In this document: positions 17,605-27,083 of the stretch, one piece after another
Position numbering within the stretch: position 1 is the first letter of the stretch
Layout of the letters: the number at the start of each line of letters is the position of its first letter
Notes under the pieces: generated by a model
Database searches by the model: none
What the model was told of the DNA's origin: nothing
The model's input: only the letters and a program-made list of their open reading frames with translations
DNA from: a bacterium
Lineage (GTDB): Bacteria; Zixibacteria; MSB-5A5; GN15; FEB-12
NCBI GenBank assembly: GCA_043811375.1
Contig: JBDRNJ010000072.1
Coordinates: 1 to 64,000, forward strand
DNA: 64,000 nt
Reading direction: 5' to 3'
Translations under genes and position numbers: made by a program

Positions 17605-19545
17605 CTAATCAGTTTCTTTACTATCGTTCAATCCCCGGCTGACTATTTCGGAATTCAGCCTGGTTAACGACTCATCCAGGGTCATGGCGCCGAGGTCTCC
17701 CCGACCGTGTTTGCGCACGGAAACCGTTTGGGCCTCGGCCTCTTTGGCACCGACAACAAACATATACGGCACCTTCTGAAGCTCGGCATCGCGAATCTTG
17801 GCGCCGACTTTCTCGGAGCGATCATCCAGAACCGCGCGAATGTCAGCCGTCTTCAGTTTATCGACTATTTGCCTCCCGTACTCATTGATACTATCGGTGA
17901 TGGGGAGGACCTTCACCTGCACCGGCGCCAGCCACAGCGGAAAACAGCCGGCGTAGTGCTCGATCAACAAACCGAAGAAACGCTCGATAGCTCCCAGGAG
18001 CGCCCGATGAATCATAAAGGGCCGCTTCTGTTGACCATCGGTATCAATATAATGAAGATCGAATCGTTCCGGCAAGGAAAAATCAAACTGAATCGTGGAA
18101 CATTGCCAACTGCGATTGAGGGCGTCTTTGATCTGTATATCGATTTTGGGACCGTAAAATGCCCCTTCTCCCTCGTCAATCTCATACGGCAGACCGGCCT
18201 GTTCGAGAGCAGTCTTAAGTCCGGCTTCAGCTCGCTCCCAGCTCTCATCATCGCCGATGGCTTTCTCTGGTCGGGTCGATAAAAAGATAGCGTAGTCATT
18301 GAACCCGAAGGATTTCAGTATGTGAACGCAGAAGTCCAGCAACCAGACGAGCTCTTGTTCCATTTTATCCTGGGTGACGAAATGGTGGGCGTCATCCTGG
18401 GTCAGGCCGCGAACCCGCAGCAACCCGTGCAAGACGCCGGCTCGCTCGTAGCGATAGACGGTGCCCAGTTCGGCCCAGCGAAGCGGCAGGTCCCGATACG
18501 ACCATAGCCGTGATTTGTACATGTGGATGTGGAAAGGGCAGTTCATCGGCTTGAGTTGATACTGGCGCTGATCCACTTCCAGGGCGCCGAACATGTTTTC
18601 ACTGAAGAAATCGTTATGACCACTGCGGTCCCACAATTCGCGGTGCGCTATGTGAGGGCTGTACACCAGTTCATAGCCGTACTTGAGATGCTCGCTCCGC
18701 CAGAAGTTCTCAATTTCATTTCTGACGCGGGCACCTTTGGGGAGCCACAGAATCAATCCGGCGCCGACATCCTCGGAGATCGTATACAGTTCCAGTTGCT
18801 TGCCTAAAACCCGGTGATCCCGCTTTTTTGCCTCTTCCAGGAGGCGCAGATGTTCTTCCAGCATCGCCTTTTTGGGGAAGGATATGCCGTAAATGCGCTG
18901 CAGCATCGGTCGCTTCTCATCACCGCGCCAGTAGGCGCCGGAGGAAGAAGTGAGTTTGAAGGCCTTGATCATGCCGGTGCGGGGCAGGTGCGGTCCGCGG
19001 CAAAGATCCTCAAACTCCGACTGTTGGTAGAACGTGACCCGGTCGTCGGGGATTTCTTCAAGCAATTCCACTTTGTAGGCATTGTCATGCCGGCGGTAGT
19101 AGTCGATAGCTTCCCGGCGCGACCTTTCGATACGACTGAAGGAGGCGTCGATCTTGATTATTTCCCCCATGCGCTTCTCAATACGCTCCAGGTCATCCGG
19201 GGAAAAAGGCTGGGGCACCTCGAAGTCGTAGTAGAAACCCTCCTCAATGGACGGACCGATAGCCGGTCGGGCTTGTGGAAACAACTCCAGCACGGCTTGA
19301 GCCATAACATGCGAGGTGGAGTGCCAGAAAACTTCTTTGCCCTCACGGTCATTAAAAGTCAGTATCCGAACCGCCGCATCATCGACGATATCAGCGTCAA
19401 GATCACGCACGACCCCAGCGACCTTCACCGCAACTGCCTCGCGGGCCAGGCGACCCGATACGGACCGGGCGACCTCACGGCCATCGGTTCCGGGCGGATA
19501 ACCCTTCACCGAGCCGTCAGGAAAAGTGACTTTGACTTCCGACAT
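17605..19545 (-). CDS. thrS: Threonyl-tRNA synthetase
   Basis: TGS domain, HSTSHVMA, DLCRGPH, KPMNCP, RVRGLTQDDAH, FYGPKID, IHRA. Confidence 0.99.
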   Translation of the reverse strand: MSEVKVTFPDGSVKGYPPGTDGREVARSVSGRLAREAVAVKVAGVVRDLDADIVDDAAVRILTFNDREGKEVFWHSTSHVMAQAVLELFPQARPAIGPSIEEGFYYDFEVPQPFSPDDLERIEKRMGEIIKIDASFSRIERSRREAIDYYRRHDNAYKVELLEEIPDDRVTFYQQSEFEDLCRGPHLPRTGMIKAFKLTSSSGAYWRGDEKRPMLQRIYGISFPKKAMLEEHLRLLEEAKKRDHRVLGKQLELYTISEDVGAGLILWLPKGARVRNEIENFWRSEHLKYGYELVYSPHIAHRELWDRSGHNDFFSENMFGALEVDQRQYQLKPMNCPFHIHMYKSRLWSYRDLPLRWAELGTVYRYERAGVLHGLLRVRGLTQDDAHHFVTQDKMEQELVWLLDFCVHILKSFGFNDYAIFLSTRPEKAIGDDESWERAEAGLKTALEQAGLPYEIDEGEGAFYGPKIDIQIKDALNRSWQCSTIQFDFSLPERFDLHYIDTDGQQKRPFMIHRALLGAIERFFGLLIEHYAGCFPLWLAPVQVKVLPITDSINEYGRQIVDKLKTADIRAVLDDRSEKVGAKIRDAELQKVPYMFVVGAKEAEAQTVSVRKHGRGDLGAMTLDESLTRLNSEIVSRGLNDSKETD

Positions 19546-19618
19546 CGTTTTATCAACCTAATTATAAAAGCGGTCCGTCGAGCCTGACAACCCGAACAGT
19601 AGCCGCTGTACAAACAAA

Positions 19619-19695
19619 TGGTGGGCGATACTGGAATTGAACCAGTGACCCCTTGCATGTCAAGCAAGTACTCTAACCAACTGAGCTAATCGCCC
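19619..19695 (-). tRNA. tRNA-Val(GAC) with encoded CCA
   Basis: GGGCGATTAGCTCAGTTGGTTAGAGTA CTTGC-TTGACAT-GCAAG GGGTCACTGGTTCAATTCCAGTATCGCCCACCA folds as a cloverleaf. Confidence 0.97.
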
Positions 19696-19743
19696 GACCG
19701 CTCGTTCGCCGCCGGGCGACGAACACCGCTAATGTAAGCCCTT

Positions 19744-19771
19744 AAAATACATTACCGGCGTGGAATGTCAA
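19744..19771 (-). promoter_or_regulatory. Putative sigma70 promoter for tRNA-Val and thrS
   Basis: Minus strand TTGACA-N16-TATTTT. Confidence 0.45.
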
Positions 19772-19958
19772 TGGCAATTTCCGGATCTTAAGGACCGCCA
19801 CCGGCTCACCCGGCGTAAACTGCTGCCGGTCTCGGTTCGGGTCGATGGCAGATGAACTTGCTTATTGGTCGGTTTCAGTATTTGCAGAACTGCATGCGAA
19901 GCCCTGATGTATACCCCGTGTAACACCTTACTGAACCCGTCGTTGGGATCGGCAACGG

Positions 19959-20843
19959 TCAGGTGATTCCCGCCATCTGCATAAAGGTTTCAGCCTTAAG
20001 ATATTCCTCGCGCAATGACACACCATAGCCGTCCAGATCATCCTCGGACATCTGCATATATTCCAGGATACCAGGCTGCAAAGAGCCGACCAGGTAAGCC
20101 CCTTCATCATCTAAGAAAGTTCTTTTGGCCAGGTAGTTGCCGATATGGACCAGATAGACCAGCGGGTCCTCTGAGTCTGCCAACTGCGGATAATGGTGAA
20201 AAGTAATGGCCTCTCCCAGCCTTTGCGGGAGTTTCCACTGAGTCGCCAGAAAACTTCCAATTTGAGCGTGCGTATACCCCAGCACCCTTTCCTCCAACTC
20301 GAAATCGGGTGAATTCTGATTTGACTGCCGCTCCTGCCGCAACCGGGCATTTTCCTCCGGCAGGAAGCAGAGGATAATCATTTTGCCGACATCATGCAGC
20401 AGCCCTGCCGAAAAACTCGAGTCCTGATCAACAATACCACGGCTCTGGACCTGCCGGGCCAGCAGGCGACAGGCAAAACCGCTGGCCAGGGAATGACGCC
20501 AGAATTTCTCCTGGGCTTCCTGGTCGATGTTCTTGCCCTTGAACATATCCAGCACCGATGCCGAAAGTACCAGATTCTTGATAGCTTCCAAACCGACAAT
20601 GACAACTGCCTGCTTGACGGAGTCCACTTCCCGCGAGAGGCCATAGAAAGCAGAATTGGTGAGTTTGAGCACCTTGACCGACATAGCCGGATCCTCGGCC
20701 AGGACGGCGGCGATCTGACCGGCGGACACACTGGGGTTATTGATCACCTTCTGAATTTGGTGAAAGACAATCGGAGGGGTGGGCAGATTCCGAATATTGG
20801 ATATGACTCGCTTGACTTTGTTATCTACCGTAGCAGTGGTCAT
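19959..20843 (-). CDS. HDOD-domain protein
   Basis: LPTPP...DPAMSVKVLKLTNSAFY...FWRHSL...AGLLHDVGK...HAQIG...WKLP...HH. Confidence 0.92.
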   Translation of the reverse strand: MTTATVDNKVKRVISNIRNLPTPPIVFHQIQKVINNPSVSAGQIAAVLAEDPAMSVKVLKLTNSAFYGLSREVDSVKQAVVIVGLEAIKNLVLSASVLDMFKGKNIDQEAQEKFWRHSLASGFACRLLARQVQSRGIVDQDSSFSAGLLHDVGKMIILCFLPEENARLRQERQSNQNSPDFELEERVLGYTHAQIGSFLATQWKLPQRLGEAITFHHYPQLADSEDPLVYLVHIGNYLAKRTFLDDEGAYLVGSLQPGILEYMQMSEDDLDGYGVSLREEYLKAETFMQMAGIT

Positions 20844-21166
20844 TGTTTACTTCTCTTGTCTTTAGCTGAAGGACTCTCAAACTCCGATGTCAGTCGGTCG
20901 GCTATTATTCCTTTGACGGTCGTGTGATCGTAGAAACCGGAATCGATACGACGTTGGACTTTCTCCAGTCGATCGCTGCCGTTGCCTGCCGGTCGGCATT
21001 CTCGTCGAGCCAGATCGGCCAGTTCGGCCAGTTTGAGTCTGGCGTTGTCGGAAATCTCAACCCGATCACCGGTCGGTTTTACAGCGTTTCCGGCAACGCT
21101 TTCCTGCCTGTCGCTTTCTACTCTGCCGAAATCCGGTTGTTCATTTCTGATTGGTCCTATTTCCAT
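20840..21166 (-). CDS. flgM: Anti-sigma28 factor FlgM (putative)
   Basis: DRVEIS and RLEKVQRRIDSGFY...IADRL motifs; flagellar context; internal ATG (MEIGP) preferred. Confidence 0.7.
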   Translation of the reverse strand: MEIGPIRNEQPDFGRVESDRQESVAGNAVKPTGDRVEISDNARLKLAELADLARRECRPAGNGSDRLEKVQRRIDSGFYDHTTVKGIIADRLTSEFESPSAKDKRSKQ

Positions 21167-21241
21167 CTTACTGCCACTTTCATCCCATGGTCGCCCGTCG
21201 CCGGTTTCTCCATCAACAAACCAGCGTCGCGCCGGCATCAG

Positions 21242-21694
21242 TTATTGTTTTCGATCAACGAATTGCGGTGAGGAATCAGCTTCATTAAGGTACTGTAGTA
21301 TCTTCTCACTGCTCTTGAGTTCTCCCAACTCCGTTTTGATTCGCTGGTAGCGATCCTTCAGATAATCTTCACATTCGGAAACAACGTTCATGTTTTTCTT
21401 AACCAATGTGACGATGCTGTTGGTGATCTTGCGCACTTCCGGCAGCACTGCCGCCATCTGGAAAGCCTGCGGGTGACGGCTCCTGAGCGCGATCACCTTC
21501 TCCTCCGATTTCTTGATCCGCAAGCGATGGCGCTCTATCTCGGCAAAAAGATCCAGCAGGTGTTCGTCGCTGTTGTACATAATAAGATCGCGCTGCTTGT
21601 CAAGCATGATATACAGCGACTGGTAAAACGAATACTCCTCCTTCAGGACGAACATCAATTCGCGTTCCACTTGTTTCAGGACTTCATAATCCAT
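21242..21694 (-). CDS. FlgN/FliT-like flagellar export chaperone
   Basis: Helical 150 aa protein with an LKEE...Y..L...L.KQRD pattern, in the fliT position after fliD-fliS. Confidence 0.55.
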   Translation of the reverse strand: MDYEVLKQVERELMFVLKEEYSFYQSLYIMLDKQRDLIMYNSDEHLLDLFAEIERHRLRIKKSEEKVIALRSRHPQAFQMAAVLPEVRKITNSIVTLVKKNMNVVSECEDYLKDRYQRIKTELGELKSSEKILQYLNEADSSPQFVDRKQ

Positions 21695-21706
21695 CAGGAA
21701 CCTTCC

Positions 21707-22132
21707 TTACCCGGAGTCGGAGAAGCAGCCGGCAGTTACAGCCGGAGCCGGTGCCGGCTCCGCATTCTCCTGCTGTTTCAGTTCAACCCAACCGGCTCGA
21801 ACATTACTCAATATAGTAATGTTATCGTCAATCACGGCCAAATCTTTGGTGGCCTCGGCCACACTGATCTGGTTGATGACGAAGGCATAGAGTTTGCCCA
21901 GATTGGCGGCCACTTCGCCGCCCTGATCGGGATCGAGGGTGGTGTACAGGTGAGTCACAAAGCGCCGTGCTTTCTGTAACTGCTCGTGCCCGGCACCGAG
22001 ATCACCGTCGTCGTAAAACTGACGGGCCGCACGAAAAGCGACGATGGCACCATCATAGACTGTGAGCAGGAGATCAAGCTGTGATTGACCGGAGATTGAC
22101 GCTGTCCTATAGGCGGATAGTTTGCCGTCCAT
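21707..22132 (-). CDS. fliS: Flagellin chaperone FliS
   Basis: AY...LLLTVYDGAI...LD.DQGGEVAANLGKLYAF...GWVEL. Confidence 0.93.
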   Translation of the reverse strand: MDGKLSAYRTASISGQSQLDLLLTVYDGAIVAFRAARQFYDDGDLGAGHEQLQKARRFVTHLYTTLDPDQGGEVAANLGKLYAFVINQISVAEATKDLAVIDDNITILSNVRAGWVELKQQENAEPAPAPAVTAGCFSDSG

Positions 22133-22153
22133 GCGTATTGGTTATCCTATTGC

Positions 22154-24499
22154 TTATGATGATTGTGAGTTGTTGAAACCCCAGTTGGCATTAAGCCCGG
22201 CCAATTGACTGGTCAGGAACGAACCGGTCGCCCCCAACTGTCCCAGAGCGGTTTCCATATCGTAGAACTTCCTCAGTAGTGATTCCCGTCGCATTTCCAG
22301 AAGTTCCGTCTGCTCATTGATGCGGGCTTGCAGAGTATCTATCTGACTCTGGCAGGCAGTCACTTTTCGATCAAAGAGACCTTCGCTGCTCCTGGTGAAA
22401 CTGTTAATCAGATCGGTCAGTTTGGCCGCCAGACCCTGCGTAACTGTGATAGTACCTTCGACTGCCGAAGTAACCTGGGAAGCATCAAGCGTAATTCTTA
22501 GCTTGAGACCGTCGGTGGTTTCATTGTCCTCTTTACCGGTCAGAAACTGACCCTTGCCTTCGGCTTCCTCGCCGTTGATGGTGCCGGCCACGTCATCACC
22601 GGTATGACCGGTACCGGTAGCTAAACCCAGAGCCGTATAGGCGGAATTACCGACAGATGTGACTAACTCCACTTTCGAGGTCGACCCATAGGCGGAGCTG
22701 ACGAGATTCAAATAGCCGGTACCTGAGCCGCTGTCGACCCATTCCACTGTTACTCCGCGATCGCCGATACTAGCGTCGGCATCTATCTTGTCCTGGATTT
22801 CACTGACCAACTCGCTGGAACTGCTGTAGGTTTTCTGCGCGAGCAGGATATCTTCGGAAGTCAACCCGTCGACGATCAGCTTAAGTTGGTTGTTGGTACT
22901 ATTGAGCGTCAGGGGAGTGGTGATCGGGTCCGTAATACCGGCGCCCTGGAACCAACCGGAGGTAGCGGCCTGAGTGATATCAACGGCATAGTTTTCGCCC
23001 GGTTTGCTCTCCACCGTCAAAGACATAAACTCGATGAAGGAACTGCTGGAGTTCCCGGAACTGGTGAACAGACGCACGACTTCATCGAGGTTATTATTCA
23101 GCGCCTCTTCCAGGCGACTGCTGGAGACAAGTGTCAAGGTGCCGTTGGCTGTGGTGTGGATGCCCAGCGCATACAGACTGCGATACTTGCCTTCAAGGCC
23201 ACTCACCGCGGAGGACAGCACCCCACGCAGAGAGTTCTGCATCATTCTGAGCGAAAAATCACCGTAAAGAACGCCGACTTCGTTAGTGTCCTGGTTCCAG
23301 GTATTCTGCTCGTCGATATAGTCCTGCACATCGTTATAACGGGTGATGAAATCGTTGATGGAACTCCTGACTCCGGACACGTCAAGATCGGTATTGATGG
23401 TGACCGTCTGCCCACTGACGGTTTCCCTGTGCAATGTCAACGACAAGCCGCCAATGAGACTGTCAAATCTGTTGTTTGTCGACGTGACGAGAATCGGCGA
23501 GCCACTGCCGCCGCTGGAACCAATACTGATACGGGCATCGGACGCCGCCTGAAGTATCGGCGAAAAAGTACCCACCTGGAAAGTGTCTCCGGCCGTGAGC
23601 GTGCCGGCGGCGAATGACAGCGTCAGGCCGTCGGAACCGGTGCCGGTGAGCGCTACTTCCGTATCAACCGCTGTTACATCAAAGGACCCGGAATCGGTAC
23701 CATCGGTCCAATTAATGGTGATGGTGTCGGTGCCGACTGTCTGTGAACCACTGCCGGCTACGCTGAAAGTGTATATTTTGTTTTGTGAGCCGGTGTAGGA
23801 AGCTGCAGCGCCCAGCGTAACCTGCGATGTTGAGCCGGCATCCATGCCAATCGTTTCCGGGCTGTCGAAGGACGAAGTGACAAAATCAAGATTGTTGCCA
23901 CCCGTGAGACTGGCCGTGATGCTGATACTGTTGGCGGCGCCGGTCTGGTTGGCCGACAGGACCAGTCGGTAGGGGTTGGCGGATGAGCCGTCGTTGATAA
24001 TCGTCGCCCGGACGCCGGCATCGGCGTCGTTGATAGCTTTTTTGATCCCCACCAGAGAGTTGTTCGCGGCATCAATAGTGATAGCCTGCGTAGATCCGCC
24101 GCCGATACTGAGGCTGATGATGCCGGTGCCGAAAGAAGCTAACGATTCATCACCGAACCCCTGACTGGCCAGTTGGTGATTGCGGGCCAGAGACAGGACT
24201 TCAATATCATAGGAGCCGGTACCGACCTTTCCGCTGACGGCTGCGCTCAGGACGGTTTCGTCGGAAACCTGAGCGGAGTATGACTCGAAGGTGCTGCTCC
24301 GTGAGAGCCTGGTGAGTTCTGAGTTCAGCGCCAGGAACTTTGCCTGCAGAGCCTGCAAGGCAGAGATACTGTTGGTCTTTTCCGACTGTTCCGTTTCGAG
24401 AAAGGCAATGTTACGCCGTTCGAAGGTCAGCAGAGCATCAACAATCTCAGCCGTGTTGAGGCCGGAGTTGATGCCGTCGATGGTATTTAAGCCCGGCAT
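22154..24499 (-). CDS. fliD: Flagellar filament cap protein FliD (long form)
   Basis: GINSGLNTAEIVDALL, GSYDIEVLSLA, DAGVRATIINDG, C-terminal KFYDMETALGQL. Confidence 0.95.
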   Translation of the reverse strand: MPGLNTIDGINSGLNTAEIVDALLTFERRNIAFLETEQSEKTNSISALQALQAKFLALNSELTRLSRSSTFESYSAQVSDETVLSAAVSGKVGTGSYDIEVLSLARNHQLASQGFGDESLASFGTGIISLSIGGGSTQAITIDAANNSLVGIKKAINDADAGVRATIINDGSSANPYRLVLSANQTGAANSISITASLTGGNNLDFVTSSFDSPETIGMDAGSTSQVTLGAAASYTGSQNKIYTFSVAGSGSQTVGTDTITINWTDGTDSGSFDVTAVDTEVALTGTGSDGLTLSFAAGTLTAGDTFQVGTFSPILQAASDARISIGSSGGSGSPILVTSTNNRFDSLIGGLSLTLHRETVSGQTVTINTDLDVSGVRSSINDFITRYNDVQDYIDEQNTWNQDTNEVGVLYGDFSLRMMQNSLRGVLSSAVSGLEGKYRSLYALGIHTTANGTLTLVSSSRLEEALNNNLDEVVRLFTSSGNSSSSFIEFMSLTVESKPGENYAVDITQAATSGWFQGAGITDPITTPLTLNSTNNQLKLIVDGLTSEDILLAQKTYSSSSELVSEIQDKIDADASIGDRGVTVEWVDSGSGTGYLNLVSSAYGSTSKVELVTSVGNSAYTALGLATGTGHTGDDVAGTINGEEAEGKGQFLTGKEDNETTDGLKLRITLDASQVTSAVEGTITVTQGLAAKLTDLINSFTRSSEGLFDRKVTACQSQIDTLQARINEQTELLEMRRESLLRKFYDMETALGQLGATGSFLTSQLAGLNANWGFNNSQSS

Positions 24500-24559
24500 G
24501 TTTACTCCTGTAAGCTACGACTCCTATGTCATTCTACCCATTAAGGTCCGGTTTTCATA

Positions 24560-24587
24560 CCCGGGGTAAGTGTTAGCCTCCCCCGGG
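24560..24587 (-). terminator. GC-rich hairpin between fliC and fliD (attenuator or mRNA stabiliser)
   Basis: CCCGGGG...CCCCGGG stem with no clear U tract. Confidence 0.4.
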
Positions 24588-24609
24588 ATTAGTTTAACGC
24601 TCTTCTCCC

Positions 24610-26790
24610 TTAGGCAAAGAGGGACAGAACGACCTGCGGCACCTGGTTGGCCTGTGCCAACATGGCAGTACCGGCCTGCAGCAGAATCTGGTACTTGGTG
24701 AACTCAGAAATCTCCTTGGCCATATCGGTGTCACGAATCATGGACTCCGAAGCCGTCAGGTTCTCGGCGGCAATCCGGAGGTTTCTCAGGTTGGATTCCA
24801 GGGTGTTTTTCTGGAAACTGCCGAGGGTACCACGGGTGCTGGAGACCTCGTTGATAGAGGCGTCAATGATCGACTGAGCATCCTGGGCACCCTGGACCGT
24901 GGTCACATCGATATTGGCCAGCGACGTGAACATGTTGCCGGCAAGGCTCCTGCCGAGGCTGGAGGAACTCATGTTCTGCATGCCGATCTTGGCTGTCTGA
25001 CCGACGTTGGCGCCGATCTGGAAAACCAGCGACTGGTCAGTGTTGCTGATCGTCTCAGTGCCACCCTGCGAAGTCAGGTCGTAGTTGACCGTCAATGACT
25101 CGCTGCGGGAAGCGTCGTAGATATTGGAGTTGATACCGGCCGTCACGGAAGTGGCCGGACCACCATCAAGACGAACATCAAACTTGGTCGCCTTTACGTC
25201 CAGCAGCAAGTTGCCGAGGTTGATACCGGTCTGACCATTGGAGATAGTCATGTCGATGGTTCCCCGTCCAGCCACACCTGAGGCAGCGTTGCCCAGGGTG
25301 ACGGTTCCCGTCGAACCCCACTTCACACCGGTAATGGAAGTGGTATAATTATCAAAGCTGACCAGGGCGTCGGTTCCGTTGGTGGCTATAGTGTCAGCAG
25401 TCAGTTTGAGCACGTGCTCCATATCACCGGTGTCTCCGCCGAAAGCGTTCAGCTTGAGCTTGTAGTCGGAACCTTCGTCAAGGGTGGCAAGCTGAATCTT
25501 GTCGGTGTCATACACGGTGGCGGCAATGTCGGATACGGCACCACCGTCGACGGCACCGAAGGCCGCCAGCAGAGCCGTGTCGATATCCGTCACCAGAGCG
25601 GACAGGGAAGTGTAAGTTGAAGGTCCGGCACCGACAGTTATCGTTTGCGTCACAGTGCTGTTGGTGACCGTGGTGGCAGTGAAACTCATTTGGTTATCAG
25701 AGACTCCACGCACGTTCTGAGAGGCAACGGTAAACTGGGCAGTGGCGGCAGTGGTGGAGGAAGCGTTAGTTTTCATTGAGTACTGGGCGCCGACATTGGC
25801 AGCCGAAAAAGTCAGGGAGTGGGCTGCACCGGCACCAGTGGCACTGGCCGTGATCCGTCCAGCCAGTTCAGTATTCAGGGAAAGCTGGGTGTTGAACTTG
25901 GCGGCGATCATCTGGGCATCATCATTCAGCGCGACAGCCACAGTAATGGTCTGCTCACCGGTGACGGCCTCGCCGTTTTCCTGGTAGTTGAACAACACGG
26001 TGTAGTTGCCAACATTTGAGGCGGTGGCCAGTGCCAGGACAGCGGCGGATGAAAGCGTGGCGGCAGTGGCGGTGGCATCAAGAGTCATGCCGGTACCCCA
26101 GGCGTCAGCCATAGTGATGGCACTGGAATGCTTCTTGGCCACGTCGGAAGCCTGCAGCACATCGAGATTGTGGATCGCCTCAGTCAGGTTGACGGGATCG
26201 CCGTCGGTGTTGGTAAGACTCAAACCGAGCGAGGTGGTGTTCAGGGTCGACGTGGCATCGGTGGTCTTGGTGGCACTGATTGAGTGCATACCGGTGCTCA
26301 GGCTCGAGTTCTTGATCGTGACAATCGAGCTGTTGGCACTGGTGATGGTGGCCACATTGGCTTTGGAGCCGTCCAGCAGTTTCTTGGTACCGAACTGAGT
26401 GTTGGAAGCGATACGATCAATAGTCTTGATCGCGTTGTCAATTTCAGCCTGGTCGGCAGCCAACTGGTCGGCATCGTTGAAGCCTTCGTTGGCGGCGTGG
26501 ATAGCCAGCTCTCTCATCGAAATCAACAGGTTGTTGAGCTCGTTGAGAGCACCCTCAGCGGTCTGGATCATGCTGACCGAACCTTCGGAGTTTTCGATAG
26601 CCTGGTTGAGACCGGCTATCTGCGCCCGGAACTGCTCGGAAATGACCAGACCGGCGGGGTTGTCAGAACCCTTGTTGATGCGGTAGCCAGAAGACAGCTT
26701 CTGCATCGAATTCGACAGCGCATTGGTAGTGTGCACCAGGTTGCGGTGCGCGTTGAGCGCTGCCAGGTTGTGGTTAATGCGAAGAGACAT
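24610..26790 (-). CDS. fliC: Flagellin (726 aa)
   Basis: MSLRINHNLAALNA...LSSGYRIN; C-terminal FQIGAN, ENLTASESMIRDTDMA, AMLAQAN. Confidence 0.98.
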   Translation of the reverse strand: MSLRINHNLAALNAHRNLVHTTNALSNSMQKLSSGYRINKGSDNPAGLVISEQFRAQIAGLNQAIENSEGSVSMIQTAEGALNELNNLLISMRELAIHAANEGFNDADQLAADQAEIDNAIKTIDRIASNTQFGTKKLLDGSKANVATITSANSSIVTIKNSSLSTGMHSISATKTTDATSTLNTTSLGLSLTNTDGDPVNLTEAIHNLDVLQASDVAKKHSSAITMADAWGTGMTLDATATAATLSSAAVLALATASNVGNYTVLFNYQENGEAVTGEQTITVAVALNDDAQMIAAKFNTQLSLNTELAGRITASATGAGAAHSLTFSAANVGAQYSMKTNASSTTAATAQFTVASQNVRGVSDNQMSFTATTVTNSTVTQTITVGAGPSTYTSLSALVTDIDTALLAAFGAVDGGAVSDIAATVYDTDKIQLATLDEGSDYKLKLNAFGGDTGDMEHVLKLTADTIATNGTDALVSFDNYTTSITGVKWGSTGTVTLGNAASGVAGRGTIDMTISNGQTGINLGNLLLDVKATKFDVRLDGGPATSVTAGINSNIYDASRSESLTVNYDLTSQGGTETISNTDQSLVFQIGANVGQTAKIGMQNMSSSSLGRSLAGNMFTSLANIDVTTVQGAQDAQSIIDASINEVSSTRGTLGSFQKNTLESNLRNLRIAAENLTASESMIRDTDMAKEISEFTKYQILLQAGTAMLAQANQVPQVVLSLFA

Positions 26791-26817
26791 GTGTTCACTC
26801 CTCCTTGAATTGCTTTA

Positions 26818-26833
26818 GGGGTATCCTTACCCC
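26818..26833 (-). promoter_or_regulatory. CsrA-binding hairpin in the flagellin 5' UTR
   Basis: GGGGTA-AGGA-TACCCC stem-loop just upstream of the SD AAGGAGGAG; csrA and fliW are in the cluster. Confidence 0.7.
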
Positions 26834-27003
26834 GTTCAGTTAGTTGGTTTCGTGATCAACATACGTCACTTCCCATGTTCGCTGACTCCTCACGGAGCCG
26901 TGGATCCAATCCGCATCGAGAGAAAGGCCGTTATTCAGTCCTCCTTTATATTAATCAAACGAGCATTTTACTCGATCCCTGACTAAAAGATATTCTAAGG
27001 TTT

Positions 27004-27030
27004 TAATCGGCAGATTAAATCACAACTTAA
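27004..27030 (-). promoter_or_regulatory. Sigma28 promoter of fliC
   Basis: Minus strand TTAAGTTG-N11-GCCGATTA, close to the consensus TAAAGTTT-N11-GCCGATAA. Confidence 0.8.
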
Positions 27031-27083
27031 CGGGTTGAGATGGGACTGCCGGGAGAAAAAACAAATGCGGAAAGCGTCTGTAA

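Noticed and set aside
18814..19587. 257 aa plus-strand ORF, and similar ORFs opposite fliD, flgK, fliG and cheA
   Set aside because: All are antisense to well-conserved genes and have no independent support.
19546..19618. T-box or attenuator leader for thrS
   Set aside because: Only about 70 nt lie between the tRNA and thrS, with no T-box motif.
19696..19958. Integration site or island boundary at tRNA-Val
   Set aside because: No integrase or duplicated tRNA 3' end was seen, and the flagellar cluster lies on the 5' side of the tRNA.
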